A DNA stretch of 64,000 nt from a virus. The notes beneath the pieces are model-generated. The model ran no database searches, was not told where the DNA came from, and saw only the letters and a list, made by a program, of their open reading frames with translations. Shown piece after piece: positions 52,518-61,323 of this stretch. The stretch is from the IMG/VR virus record IMGVR_UViG_3300000970_000001, positions 1 to 64,000 of that record. One strand, written 5' to 3'. Position numbers and translations under genes: made by a program. Each line of letters opens with the position of its first letter. The first letter of the stretch is position 1.

Positions 52518-52880
52518 TCAAGTTGTTTTTTCAAAATGTTTTAAAGTTGCCATTATAGCTTCTTGAGTGTGAGTAGTATTAAAATTTGATCTGCCCACAA
52601 AGAAGTTACAATCGCCATTTAGTTCTTTGTCTTTGTTAGGTGGGTGGTCAGAAAACCTAGTTTTAAAAACTCTAGACCCATCTGATACATAGACATATTT
52701 TGATTTAGTATGGGCAGCTTCGTATAAAATTACTCCGTAATTCATGTTGTGAAAAAATTCACAGTACTGCACCCATTTATAGTTCTTTTGTCTACTAAGA
52801 AACTTATCGTTAATACGAGTCTGGTTACCACCCGAAGGCCTCTTCCGTCCCCTCGCTTTGTTTCTTGTACCCTTTCCCAT
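52518..52880 (-). CDS. hypothetical basic protein
   Basis: The ORF overlaps the helicase 3' end in another frame. The start is uncertain (52892 or 52880). Confidence 0.4.
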   Translation of the reverse strand: MGKGTRNKARGRKRPSGGNQTRINDKFLSRQKNYKWVQYCEFFHNMNYGVILYEAAHTKSKYVYVSDGSRVFKTRFSDHPPNKDKELNGDCNFFVGRSNFNTTHTQEAIMATLKHFEKTT

Positions 52881-54264
52881 TATGCTCTCCAATAGTTAAT
52901 ACTTTGTAAGTGGGGTCAACTTTATTTAAACTTCGTGACTTAGCGTTAACGATTTTAAATATACTTTTTTCTACAGGACAATTATATCCTAAGACAGTTA
53001 CACGCAATGCTCTTTCACGTTTCTTACGAATGGCTCTCTTGTAACCTTGAGTGAAATTACTGTCCTTATAATCAATAGAAGCAAAGATGATGTGGTCTAA
53101 GTGGCCCCAGTTATAACCTACTGCCGTTGTCTCAGGTGAAGCTACTACAATGTCTAGATCACCATTTTGAAAGTCAACATCAATCTGTCCACGAACTTTA
53201 GCAGGAACATTACCATTAATCAATCCAACTCGAAATCCTAATTTATTACAAAGACTGTAAATTCTTTCTTGTTCTGGTTGTAGTACAGAATAGATCAACA
53301 ATGGCTTTCCAGTGTTCTTGTGGTCTTCTAAGTGAATCATTAACTGTTCATCTTTGCCAGTCAGTTCATCGTCTTTTAAGATTTTAAATGTGTGGGGGTG
53401 AGCCATTATCTGACGACAGCGAATCGCTTTAACACCACCTTCAAAACCCTCAAGTACGTCACTCTCAATCTTATCAAGGTACTCGTCAAGTTCTAGAACA
53501 GCCTGTTCTTCAAACTCAGTGTAAGCACGTAATTGTTTAGGATGCATATCACACCAGTCTACCTGAATAACTGGTTCCTCTTTACCGTACTCCTCTTCAA
53601 AGGTACGGCGAATACCATGTCTCATAAAGATACGTCCAATCTTATCATGACCAGTCCACATCTGAACCTGTCCCATATCATCCATGATTGCATGTTGCAT
53701 TAAGAACGAGAAGTGGCTTGCGTAATAACGTGGCTCAATAATATGGATAGCTGGGTAACAACTATCGAGTCTACCATCGATTAATGTACCTGACATTACT
53801 CCAAAATATTTTATCTTACGCATCGATTGAAACAAAGACTTGGTTCTCTTAGAGTTATGACTTTTAAAACCCATGTGAGACTCATCGATAAACGTAGCGT
53901 TAATGTTTGGATGTTGGTCTTTCAAAGTCTTCCAGTCATCACCATAACGAGTGAAGCCCATTAACCATACTACTCCCTCTTTACGTGACATTTGTTCCGC
54001 ACGTTGTTTAGGAGTACCGTCAATAATAATTACTTGTTCATCTGTTAAGTTTGTGAAGTTATGCAACTCCATTTTATTCTTTCTTAACAATGACTTAGGC
54101 ATGGTCCAAAGCGTTTGAGTACCTTCAGATGTGAACAGATGCTCAATGTACACACAAACTGATGGAGTCTTACCAACGCCTGGGTCAGATAAGTTTAACC
54201 ATCTATCATTGTTTAGGTAGAATGAGAGATCGGTAACTTGTTTTTCTCTTAGTGCTAATGGCAT
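52825..54264 (-). CDS. SNF2/DEAD-like superfamily 2 helicase
   Basis: Walker A DPGVGKTPS, DExH box FIDESH, and a C-terminal helicase lobe. Confidence 0.8.
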   Translation of the reverse strand: MPLALREKQVTDLSFYLNNDRWLNLSDPGVGKTPSVCVYIEHLFTSEGTQTLWTMPKSLLRKNKMELHNFTNLTDEQVIIIDGTPKQRAEQMSRKEGVVWLMGFTRYGDDWKTLKDQHPNINATFIDESHMGFKSHNSKRTKSLFQSMRKIKYFGVMSGTLIDGRLDSCYPAIHIIEPRYYASHFSFLMQHAIMDDMGQVQMWTGHDKIGRIFMRHGIRRTFEEEYGKEEPVIQVDWCDMHPKQLRAYTEFEEQAVLELDEYLDKIESDVLEGFEGGVKAIRCRQIMAHPHTFKILKDDELTGKDEQLMIHLEDHKNTGKPLLIYSVLQPEQERIYSLCNKLGFRVGLINGNVPAKVRGQIDVDFQNGDLDIVVASPETTAVGYNWGHLDHIIFASIDYKDSNFTQGYKRAIRKKRERALRVTVLGYNCPVEKSIFKIVNAKSRSLNKVDPTYKVLTIGEHNGKGYKKQSEGTEEAFGW

Positions 54265-54884
54265 TCAAGCATCCTTTTTCTCAAGATTGAGTTTCCTAAT
54301 CGTTTCCATTGTTCTGTGTCTCTTAACAGTGGAGAGATTTTTTGTTTTGGCTTAGTAAATTTGATCAAGTCATTTAACGGTGTAGTTTTATCACCAACAA
54401 ATAGTAATCTTGAAGGTGAATAGTAACCGTGTTTAGCATAAGTTCTCAACATGTCTGATTTATTATCAGCATCAGTTAATACGATTGTTCTTAAGTTCGA
54501 TTTATATAACTCTATGGTTAAATCTTTTTCTCTCAACATTCCTATCGGCATTACCGAAGGCATTGTTGGGGATAAAATATTGTTCAAATAGTATATCAAT
54601 TCTATATTCTTAGAAGAGTCATCTAAGAATAAACACTTAGGATTATCTTTTACAGTAGGTAAAAAGTTTTTAACAACTGGACAATTTAAATTAACTTGAT
54701 CCAAGAACTCTTTAGTGGGTTCTTGATCTTGTATGTTAAAGTTATGCGGTGGAAAACACCGAGTGTGTAGATTAAAAAGCGGTGGGTTTTGAATTCCCAC
54801 CGCATTTTGTACGTCTTTATTAGATTGTATTAGGTAAGACACTCCTTCTAGGTCATGTAATCCTAATTGATTAATGTTAAGCAT
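54255..54884 (-). CDS. hypothetical protein
   Basis: 209-aa ORF. Confidence 0.5.
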   Translation of the reverse strand: MLNINQLGLHDLEGVSYLIQSNKDVQNAVGIQNPPLFNLHTRCFPPHNFNIQDQEPTKEFLDQVNLNCPVVKNFLPTVKDNPKCLFLDDSSKNIELIYYLNNILSPTMPSVMPIGMLREKDLTIELYKSNLRTIVLTDADNKSDMLRTYAKHGYYSPSRLLFVGDKTTPLNDLIKFTKPKQKISPLLRDTEQWKRLGNSILRKRMLECH

Positions 54885-55107
54885 CAGTTCTTTTTCTGTT
54901 TAACTCTCGTAATTCTAAAAATTTTTGCTGTAACTTTATTGAAGAAGCTTTAGAGTTAGCCAAGACAAAAGAAATCTGACGCTCTACACGCTCCCGAGGT
55001 AGTACATTACCACGTATTCCTTGAGACAGTCCCCAGTATATAGAAATATCTCGTTCCATAAGATCATTAGGAACACCTGTAGTTTTTAGTTTTACTTGTT
55101 TAATCAT
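54877..55107 (-). CDS. hypothetical protein
   Basis: 76-aa ORF. Confidence 0.45.
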   Translation of the reverse strand: MIKQVKLKTTGVPNDLMERDISIYWGLSQGIRGNVLPRERVERQISFVLANSKASSIKLQQKFLELRELNRKRTDA

Positions 55108-55110
55108 TTA

Positions 55111-55329
55111 CTATCCTATCTTTTGGTAATCGAAAACACCCTTAACTTCACTGTTAAGGAATTTTCCATGACTTTCTGCTGCTAATAGTCTACCATACAC
55201 TGTTAAAGGAACGCCAGAGTACTCATATAGTGTACCTCCTTTAAACCCTGCTATTAGTTTTTTAGCTTCGGGATCATATCCTACTTTTTCTAAGTTAGAA
55301 CTATCGACTGGAATTAGCTGTACGTTCAT
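55111..55329 (-). CDS. KTSC domain protein
   Basis: 72 aa; VDSSNLEKVGYDPEAKKLIAGFKGGTLYEYSGVPLTVYGRLLAAESHGKF fits the KTSC pattern. Confidence 0.65.
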   Translation of the reverse strand: MNVQLIPVDSSNLEKVGYDPEAKKLIAGFKGGTLYEYSGVPLTVYGRLLAAESHGKFLNSEVKGVFDYQKIG

Positions 55330-55765
55330 TTCTTTTCTCCTGTTTTTCTGTTACTCGTTGAATATTTCTGCGTTGTTGACGTGTTAAAGTTTTAGGTTCA
55401 TGGAAATCTTTCGGGTAAGTCCACAAATCTACAATTTTATCTTTCAACTCTGGATGTAACTTAGCTCCAGACTTTGCTTGATCCTTACGAATCTTGCGTA
55501 GTTTTTCACCAGTATACTTACTGTTAGGTGTATGATTGGTTACAATAAACACTGGTACATGAACACGTTCGCCTTTTTTATTGAAGTCACCTGTGTCTAT
55601 AGAACCAATGTGTTGTCGAGTACCATCAAACTTTGCACGCAGTTTTTCGATGCGTTTAGCTTTAGCTTTTTCCTGCTCAAAGATAACTTTCTCAAACTTA
55701 GTTAAAGGTTTCTCATCTCTCATTTTAATTACGATATCTCGTAACATGTCTTGTAGTTTAAACAT
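55301..55765 (-). CDS. hypothetical basic protein
   Basis: 154-aa Lys/Arg-rich ORF. Confidence 0.45.
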   Translation of the reverse strand: MFKLQDMLRDIVIKMRDEKPLTKFEKVIFEQEKAKAKRIEKLRAKFDGTRQHIGSIDTGDFNKKGERVHVPVFIVTNHTPNSKYTGEKLRKIRKDQAKSGAKLHPELKDKIVDLWTYPKDFHEPKTLTRQQRRNIQRVTEKQEKRNERTANSSR

Positions 55766-56058
55766 TACATTCGTGCTCCTGCTGAAGATTCCGTTGGTCC
55801 ACCTGTAGGTGACTGTTTAACTGGTTTAGCGTTCAATCCTTCATCAACATACTCCAGTTGTGCTTCGTCAATCCAATAAGACTCTGGACGTTTATCAGCA
55901 TTTGGTTTGTCAACTTGAGGTTGAACAGAGTAACGTATACAACCGTTTAGGTATTGTGCTCTCATATCCACAATACCCTCTGCTAGAGTTACTCTGTCTT
56001 TTACTCGAACTCCCATAGGAAATTCAAATGTTACTTTTTCTTTTTTAGGTTTAGCCAT
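55765..56058 (-). CDS. hypothetical protein
   Basis: 97-aa ORF. Confidence 0.45.
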   Translation of the reverse strand: MAKPKKEKVTFEFPMGVRVKDRVTLAEGIVDMRAQYLNGCIRYSVQPQVDKPNADKRPESYWIDEAQLEYVDEGLNAKPVKQSPTGGPTESSAGARM

Positions 56059-56327
56059 TATTTAAACGCCTTCTCATATGCTTGAATTACTTGATCTTTG
56101 GTTTGAAAAAACTTACCTGATACAGTATCAGGATATACTCGTTCGAAAAAGATAGCGTTATCAGGGTGATTTATGATGCCTCCTGAAATATACTCGTTTC
56201 CACATGGGACATGATCCCACACATCTTCTTGAATAGGGTAAAAGTGATTTACTGTCTTTCTATCAGAAATAATTGCTCCCTTTTTCCAAAGGAAATTATC
56301 TTCTAGTACTCGATAATATCTAGCCAT
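56058..56327 (-). CDS. hypothetical protein
   Basis: 89-aa ORF. Confidence 0.45.
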   Translation of the reverse strand: MARYYRVLEDNFLWKKGAIISDRKTVNHFYPIQEDVWDHVPCGNEYISGGIINHPDNAIFFERVYPDTVSGKFFQTKDQVIQAYEKAFK

Positions 56328-56580
56328 CGTTCATTAACTCCTTAACCATGTATCCAATTCTATCAGACAACGCACCACGGTTATTAATGCGCCATTCGAT
56401 TTCTTTACCAAAGTTGTCTCCTGCACGAGCAAGTTGACTCCCATTAAAGATGTGTAACATACCACTGTCAGCATGTTCTACAACAAAACGAGTTGATCCT
56501 TGAGTATTTTCAAACTCAGCTACAATTTTACCATCAAACTCATAGCCACCTTCTTTGTATACGTAATCATTTAATTTCAT
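56320..56580 (-). CDS. hypothetical protein
   Basis: 86-aa ORF. Confidence 0.45.
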   Translation of the reverse strand: MKLNDYVYKEGGYEFDGKIVAEFENTQGSTRFVVEHADSGMLHIFNGSQLARAGDNFGKEIEWRINNRGALSDRIGYMVKELMNDG

Positions 56581-57041
56581 TCTTTTTGCTCCTTTAAGTA
56601 CTTAATAGCACTCGTTAAAATTGTTCTGTCGTCTTTAAAACAACCTAAACCCACATTACATCTACCACAGAGTAACCCTCGTGGTTGCCCAGTGCTGTGA
56701 CAGTGATCAGCATCTAGTCTACCCTTAGCAGGTTTATCTCCACATATACAACACTTATTATTTTGTTCACTATGCTTTTTTAAATACTCATCAACATCCC
56801 AGTTTTTTACTCGTAAAGCAATTCTTAATTGCTTATACTCTTTAACACTTAATTGTTTACCATTAAGGAGTTTTCCTTGTACCTTAATGCAGGGTTCTCT
56901 ATGTCTAGCTAAATTAGCGGGTGACATTTGTTGTCCACAAATGTCACAGTTGATTTTGGTATTAAATCCACCCTTACCTTTACCCCTAGCTGCCTTACTT
57001 ATTTTATTTTTAGTTTCTTGAGTGTGGGTAAACTTTTTCAT
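56577..57041 (-). CDS. recombination endonuclease VII-like (HNH-type) nuclease
   Basis: Carries LDADHCHSTGQPRGLLCGRCNVGLGCF plus N-terminal Cys clusters. Confidence 0.85.
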   Translation of the reverse strand: MKKFTHTQETKNKISKAARGKGKGGFNTKINCDICGQQMSPANLARHREPCIKVQGKLLNGKQLSVKEYKQLRIALRVKNWDVDEYLKKHSEQNNKCCICGDKPAKGRLDADHCHSTGQPRGLLCGRCNVGLGCFKDDRTILTSAIKYLKEQKE

Positions 57042-57087
57042 AGTAATCCTTATACAGTTTTATATACTATACTATATAAGGATTACT
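57042..57087 (-). promoter_or_regulatory. 13-bp perfect inverted repeat hairpin sequestering the endonuclease VII RBS
   Basis: AGUAAUCCUUAUA - 20 nt loop - UAUAAGGAUUACU, immediately followed by AUG. The AAGGA Shine-Dalgarno lies in the 3' arm. Confidence 0.6.
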
Positions 57088-57090
57088 TTA

Positions 57091-58251
57091 TCAATCTTTA
57101 TAGGGGTCCTTGGTGTCAGCGGAAGCCATACATACAATCAATGGCGTTAGTCTAGTTTCTACTACCACAGAATCCTTGTGGTATTCAAGCACTTCATCTA
57201 ATTTTTTGTAACACGCAGGTGCTTCATCAGCTCCTGCTCCAAACAAATGTACCCCTGCTGTTCGCATTTCATTGCGCATTTCGTCTTCGTCAACGAGACC
57301 CTTGGTGATCTGTACACCACGTTTCCACTTTCCCTTTGCCTGAGTGCGAGATAGTTCTCGACCTGCTCCATGTACTGTTGAATACATGTTCTCTTTAGCA
57401 GCTGGAGTATCCAGTCCTCGTACGATAACAGACTGGTCAGACATTGTTGATCCAATGAATGATCTCTGATCTGGAAAGGCTGGTGTTGAACCTTTACGCA
57501 CGACAAAGTAGTTTTCTCCGTCGTGCTCTTCCTTCCACGCAAAGTTGTGGTGGTTGTGGACGACATCAAGGTACTCGGAATTTCCTTGTATGATTTCAGC
57601 CACTGTTTTACAAACCCACTCTCTTCCAGCGTAAGCATACTCACCTCCTAATGTCATTGCTTCAAAATAAGCTTCTCCAATATCACTATCCATATCGACA
57701 AGGCATGGATCAGCGTCCATACCTGATCTGGCTCCCAGTGTTTTTAAGAAGTGTGTAGTAGCTTTATGACCTAGACCACGAGAACCAAAGTGAACTCCAA
57801 TCCATACAAAGTAGTCATCATCATAGAATACATCTACGTAATGGTTACCTGAACCTACCGTACCTAATTGGTTAGCGGCTAAGTCTTTCAAACCTTTTAG
57901 TGCTTCGTTTTCCCAGTTGGCATTTGTATCAAGGAATCCACATTCAACTGGGAGTGGATTCGTTCTTCCCATACCAAAGGAGATTGTTTCCGAGATTTTC
58001 TTCCCGATTTCATACCAGTCGGCAACTTCAAAAGCCTTGATAGGGAGTTTAACAGCCATATTACCACAAGCAATATCAAAACCAACACCAGAAATGCTAA
58101 TCTTATCACGATAAGCAGCCACTCCACCAATAGGATGGCCGTATCCCAAATGACCATCAGCACAGAGTATGAACTTGTCAGCACCCATTGATAGACAGTT
58201 TTTAGCTTGTTGAATAGTATTTTCATCGTGCTTTCCGATTATTTTTAACAT
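57091..58251 (-). CDS. rtcB: RtcB-type RNA ligase
   Basis: Carries GYGHPIGGVAAY, GSGNHYVDV, HFGSRGLGH and HNHHNFA; 386 aa. Confidence 0.9.
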   Translation of the reverse strand: MLKIIGKHDENTIQQAKNCLSMGADKFILCADGHLGYGHPIGGVAAYRDKISISGVGFDIACGNMAVKLPIKAFEVADWYEIGKKISETISFGMGRTNPLPVECGFLDTNANWENEALKGLKDLAANQLGTVGSGNHYVDVFYDDDYFVWIGVHFGSRGLGHKATTHFLKTLGARSGMDADPCLVDMDSDIGEAYFEAMTLGGEYAYAGREWVCKTVAEIIQGNSEYLDVVHNHHNFAWKEEHDGENYFVVRKGSTPAFPDQRSFIGSTMSDQSVIVRGLDTPAAKENMYSTVHGAGRELSRTQAKGKWKRGVQITKGLVDEDEMRNEMRTAGVHLFGAGADEAPACYKKLDEVLEYHKDSVVVETRLTPLIVCMASADTKDPYKD

Positions 58252-58512
58252 TTAACTCTCCTCTTTAAATTCTACCCAATCATACTTGGAACACCAAGTC
58301 TTTGGTTTAAGTAGATTAAATTTCTTTTGTCTTTCCCAGTTACCAAATTCTACTTTCCAAGATGTATCTGCAAAAAGTCTGTCACTTTTACGTTCTCCAC
58401 AAGTAGTGCATCTTTTACCAAGGAAAAAAGCTGACATAAATGTGTTGCAAGTATCTCTTCTTACCGTTGTATTACAATTTCCACAGAAAGCTCTGTAATG
58501 ATACCTAGACAT
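58252..58512 (-). CDS. small zinc-ribbon-like protein
   Basis: 86 aa with CGNCNTT...CTTCGE. Confidence 0.45.
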   Translation of the reverse strand: MSRYHYRAFCGNCNTTVRRDTCNTFMSAFFLGKRCTTCGERKSDRLFADTSWKVEFGNWERQKKFNLLKPKTWCSKYDWVEFKEES

Positions 58513-58513
58513 A

Positions 58514-59059
58514 CTAAGCTCCCTTACTTAAATTATCTGGTGGTGCAACACCAACATTATACTCGTTGATAACGTACCAAAGTTTCTTGTCTTTCATAAA
58601 TGTGTCGTACTCTAAAATATTGTCCGTCATATTGTCGAGTACGTATTTATCATCCACCAAAAGGACTGCGTGATCCTCAGCTTTTTTATACATGTGTACC
58701 ACTAACACTTTGACGTTGTGACCCAATTGTTTTAAAGCATGGTATTTGAAGATGGCAAAGTCTTCACAGTCACCATAACCATCCAGAGCCATTTCCATTG
58801 GTTTTTTCCAATGATCTTTCTTTTCTCTACGATATTCAAAAATCTCATTTACGTTAGAGTTAATTTCTTTAATTGTCGTACCAAAATGTTCTTTAGATAT
58901 ATTATAGTCGCCTCTAAAGGCTTCCATTTTATCTTCCATTGAGTGTTGGTTGTTGTATAATATTAAACTAATCACTAATAAGCTCCAAACTATGACCAGA
59001 AATCCGAAATGTAACGAGGTCACCTTGACTATTTGTTCTGACATAAGCGTCTCCTCCAT
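58514..59059 (-). CDS. transglutaminase-like cysteine peptidase with an N-terminal TM segment
   Basis: Carries YGDCEDFAIFKY and EDHAVLLV, with an N-terminal hydrophobic helix. Confidence 0.55.
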   Translation of the reverse strand: MEETLMSEQIVKVTSLHFGFLVIVWSLLVISLILYNNQHSMEDKMEAFRGDYNISKEHFGTTIKEINSNVNEIFEYRREKKDHWKKPMEMALDGYGDCEDFAIFKYHALKQLGHNVKVLVVHMYKKAEDHAVLLVDDKYVLDNMTDNILEYDTFMKDKKLWYVINEYNVGVAPPDNLSKGA

Positions 59060-59417
59060 CGATCATACAACCATCATGGTTGACACAATCGTGCCTGTGG
59101 CGTGAATAAATAAAGTCCCCATTAGGTGTAATAAGGCCAGTGTATATGGTTTCAGATTGAGGTTTTCCAGATGTTATGTAAACTGATTCTCTGAACGGAT
59201 TATAATAAATTAGAAAGTAATTACTATAATCGTGAGGTGGATTAGGTTGCCAAAATAAGCTACCTGCTATGTTTGCATGAGGAGCAACTGGAAATTCTCC
59301 CACAAACACAGCTTCTGGATATTGATCTTTAAGTTTCGTCTGATCCAACCATTTGTTGATTGGTGGTAATGCATGTTTCATCTTGCTCTCCGTATCCTTC
59401 GGCATATCCTGCCTCAT
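58968..59417 (-). CDS. hypothetical protein
   Basis: 149-aa ORF. The start is uncertain (59417, 59405 or 59381). Its 3' end overlaps the next gene by about 90 nt. Confidence 0.45.
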   Translation of the reverse strand: MRQDMPKDTESKMKHALPPINKWLDQTKLKDQYPEAVFVGEFPVAPHANIAGSLFWQPNPPHDYSNYFLIYYNPFRESVYITSGKPQSETIYTGLITPNGDFIYSRHRHDCVNHDGCMIDGGDAYVRTNSQGDLVTFRISGHSLELISD

Positions 59418-59480
59418 AGATTTTAATTACTACACCATTCTCTACTTTAGTATCTATTACTTTGTACATTTAATCCCCGT

Positions 59481-59672
59481 TAAAATAAATTGGGAGGGTT
59501 TCTTGTCGCAAGTACCTCCCGCTCGTCCGAGACTCGGCTGCTCAACAGCTCGCTTCATTTTTATCCAAAGTCTCTCAGGCGAAAGCACCTGCATACATTA
59601 CGTGTTGGACCCACGCCCCTCATTAGCTGCCTCATTGGGGAATGCGGTTTTTATGTCAGTATAGGTATGACG
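59481..59672 (-). ncRNA. GC-rich structured intergenic element ending in an intrinsic terminator (candidate sRNA or cis-regulatory RNA)
   Basis: Markedly more GC-rich than its flanks. Hairpins seen are CAGGUG CUUU CGCCUG (59576-59591), GCUG UUGAG CAGC, CCGA GUC UCGG (59527-59537) and the terminal GGGAGG UA CUUG CGA CAAG AAA CCCUCCC + AAUUUAUUUU (59481-59520). Confidence 0.35.
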
Positions 59673-59686
59673 ACCCAGCCACAGAA

Positions 59687-60139
59687 CTAAATTATTAATT
59701 GATCTCCCGAGTAGAATAGAATTTCTACACCTGCACTGTCAAGCAGTTTTTGTGATTCTTCAAAACTATCTTTCCAGCGGTCTAACATATCTTGAGTTGG
59801 CGCGACTGTGACAATTCTTTTAACGCCTTTATCTATAAGTTTTTGAGTACAAACAGCACATGGTTGGCAAGGCCAAGTATAGAAGGTAGCTTCAGATAAA
59901 TCATATCCTTCAGCACGTTCCAGTGCGTTATCTTCAGCGTGTAATATGTGTTTATACTTATACTCACGATCTTTATAAAGAAGAGGATGATCGTTTTCAC
60001 CTCGTGCAAACCCATTATAACCTTTGCTGATCTCTTCCTTACCTATGGCTACAACTGCCCCCACTTTGGTGGACGGGTCTTTGCTCCAATTTGAGATAAA
60101 CTGAGCTAGTTGTAACCATCTGATGTCCCACTTATTCAT
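59687..60139 (-). CDS. dCMP deaminase
   Basis: Zinc motifs HAEDNAL and PCQPCAVC; 150 aa. Confidence 0.9.
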   Translation of the reverse strand: MNKWDIRWLQLAQFISNWSKDPSTKVGAVVAIGKEEISKGYNGFARGENDHPLLYKDREYKYKHILHAEDNALERAEGYDLSEATFYTWPCQPCAVCTQKLIDKGVKRIVTVAPTQDMLDRWKDSFEESQKLLDSAGVEILFYSGDQLII

Positions 60140-60285
60140 TTTAATCCTTCATTTAATTTATCAATAGTTTCTTGGCTTAAGTCTGAATAAGAATCAAAGT
60201 AACAATCATGATACGGTTGTCCGTTTTTAAAAATAGATAGGTCCCCATCTTCTGATTTTATAATCTCAATTTTTACTGCGCTCAT
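60136..60285 (-). CDS. small hypothetical protein (49 aa)
   Basis: Own translation MSAVKIEIIKSEDGDLSIFKNGQPYHDCYFDSYSDLSQETIDKLNEGLK fills the gap. Its stop overlaps the deaminase start (ATGA). Confidence 0.4.
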   Translation of the reverse strand: MSAVKIEIIKSEDGDLSIFKNGQPYHDCYFDSYSDLSQETIDKLNEGLK

Positions 60286-60286
60286 C

Positions 60287-60616
60287 TTACAAATCTCTCA
60301 AAAAATCTGTTACTTTACGTATAGAGTGAAGGTCTTCAGTCACAGTTTCCTCGTTACCTCCCTCTTGAATACAATAATCAGCTAATCTGTGAGAAGCGTC
60401 TATTGCTTCCATTATTTCGCTTTTTAAAGGTAAGTATTTATATTTATCCAATATATTTTCAAATTCAATAACTGATTTTTCACCTATATTGTTTAAAGTT
60501 CTTAAACCTGTATTTTTATGAAACTCTCTTAATTTTTCAATAGTTATGTCGTCACCAAAGTTCATCCGTATTACACAACTTAAGCGAATAGAAGATTGTA
60601 GGTTATGAAATTTCAT
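60287..60616 (-). CDS. hypothetical protein
   Basis: 109-aa ORF. Confidence 0.45.
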   Translation of the reverse strand: MKFHNLQSSIRLSCVIRMNFGDDITIEKLREFHKNTGLRTLNNIGEKSVIEFENILDKYKYLPLKSEIMEAIDASHRLADYCIQEGGNEETVTEDLHSIRKVTDFLRDL

Positions 60617-61323
60617 CTTACAAATCCTGTGTTGTCTGTTTTAGCCTTACCTTTGGCTTTTAGTCCCACGATTACGCCCTGAGGGTCTATAGGACGGTAA
60701 TCATGTTCATCACCATCAATAACGGGAACACAATGCTTACCAAGTTTAAACTCGTCAGGCAAGTCTTTTCTGAAAACAGCGGCAATATTCATACCATTAT
60801 TAAATGCTTCTTCAGCACGATCATCATTATCTTCAGCAAGTGAATATGTAAGATGATAGTTATCAGGTAAATCCTTACGATTATGTCTCTTAGTATAGTC
60901 ATAAAATTGAACGTCAGGAAAATGCTCCATCATGTTCTTGCCCTTGTAAAGTACACGCTCCCATGGAATATCAGAGGTAGCATTTAAACGAATACCACAC
61001 TCTAGATTTTCACGTTTGGCTTTGCGCACCATAAACTCAATATCTTTGTATAGAAGTTCAAGGAACTTATCACGTTCTTCGAAATACATCAAAGTCTTAC
61101 GCTTACGAGCTTCCTGTATCATGTTGGTGTTCTCGCCTTTCTTAAACATACCACCACGTCCTGCTGTGTTAAGACACGCTGCCGCACAACCTGCACTAGC
61201 CATCGGGCATACTTGATAACCAGATAGATCGTATGGTGCAAGGTGAAGTGGTGCTGTGAGAACTCCGAGTTTAGAGTTTTTAGCAACTTTTGGATTACTA
61301 GTCGGGTTGCTTAATAGTTTCAT
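60613..61323 (-). CDS. hypothetical Cys-rich protein
   Basis: 236-aa ORF with CPMASAGCAAACLNTAGRGG. The family was not identified with confidence. Confidence 0.5.
   Translation of the reverse strand: MKLLSNPTSNPKVAKNSKLGVLTAPLHLAPYDLSGYQVCPMASAGCAAACLNTAGRGGMFKKGENTNMIQEARKRKTLMYFEERDKFLELLYKDIEFMVRKAKRENLECGIRLNATSDIPWERVLYKGKNMMEHFPDVQFYDYTKRHNRKDLPDNYHLTYSLAEDNDDRAEEAFNNGMNIAAVFRKDLPDEFKLGKHCVPVIDGDEHDYRPIDPQGVIVGLKAKGKAKTDNTGFVR

Noticed and set aside
59329-59469. 46-codon ORF MYKVIDTKVENGVVIKIYEAGY... downstream of the GC-rich element
   Set aside because: It overlaps the 149-aa ORF by more than 50 nt in another frame. I cannot decide from sequence which frame is used, so it is not listed as a feature.
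59600-59640. tmRNA-like tag frame GCA GCU AAU GAG ... UAA (AANEGRGSNT) in the GC-rich element, as a possible split mRNA-like domain
   Set aside because: The resemblance is limited to the first three or four codons. The peptide has no C-terminal degron-like LAA. Nothing in the 62-nt TLD could base-pair with this RNA. It is treated as coincidence.
59353-59690. Plus-strand ORFs of 103 aa and 66 aa across the GC-rich element
   Set aside because: They are antisense to the whole minus-strand gene block, lack an RBS, and their reading frames are created by GC-rich hairpin sequence.
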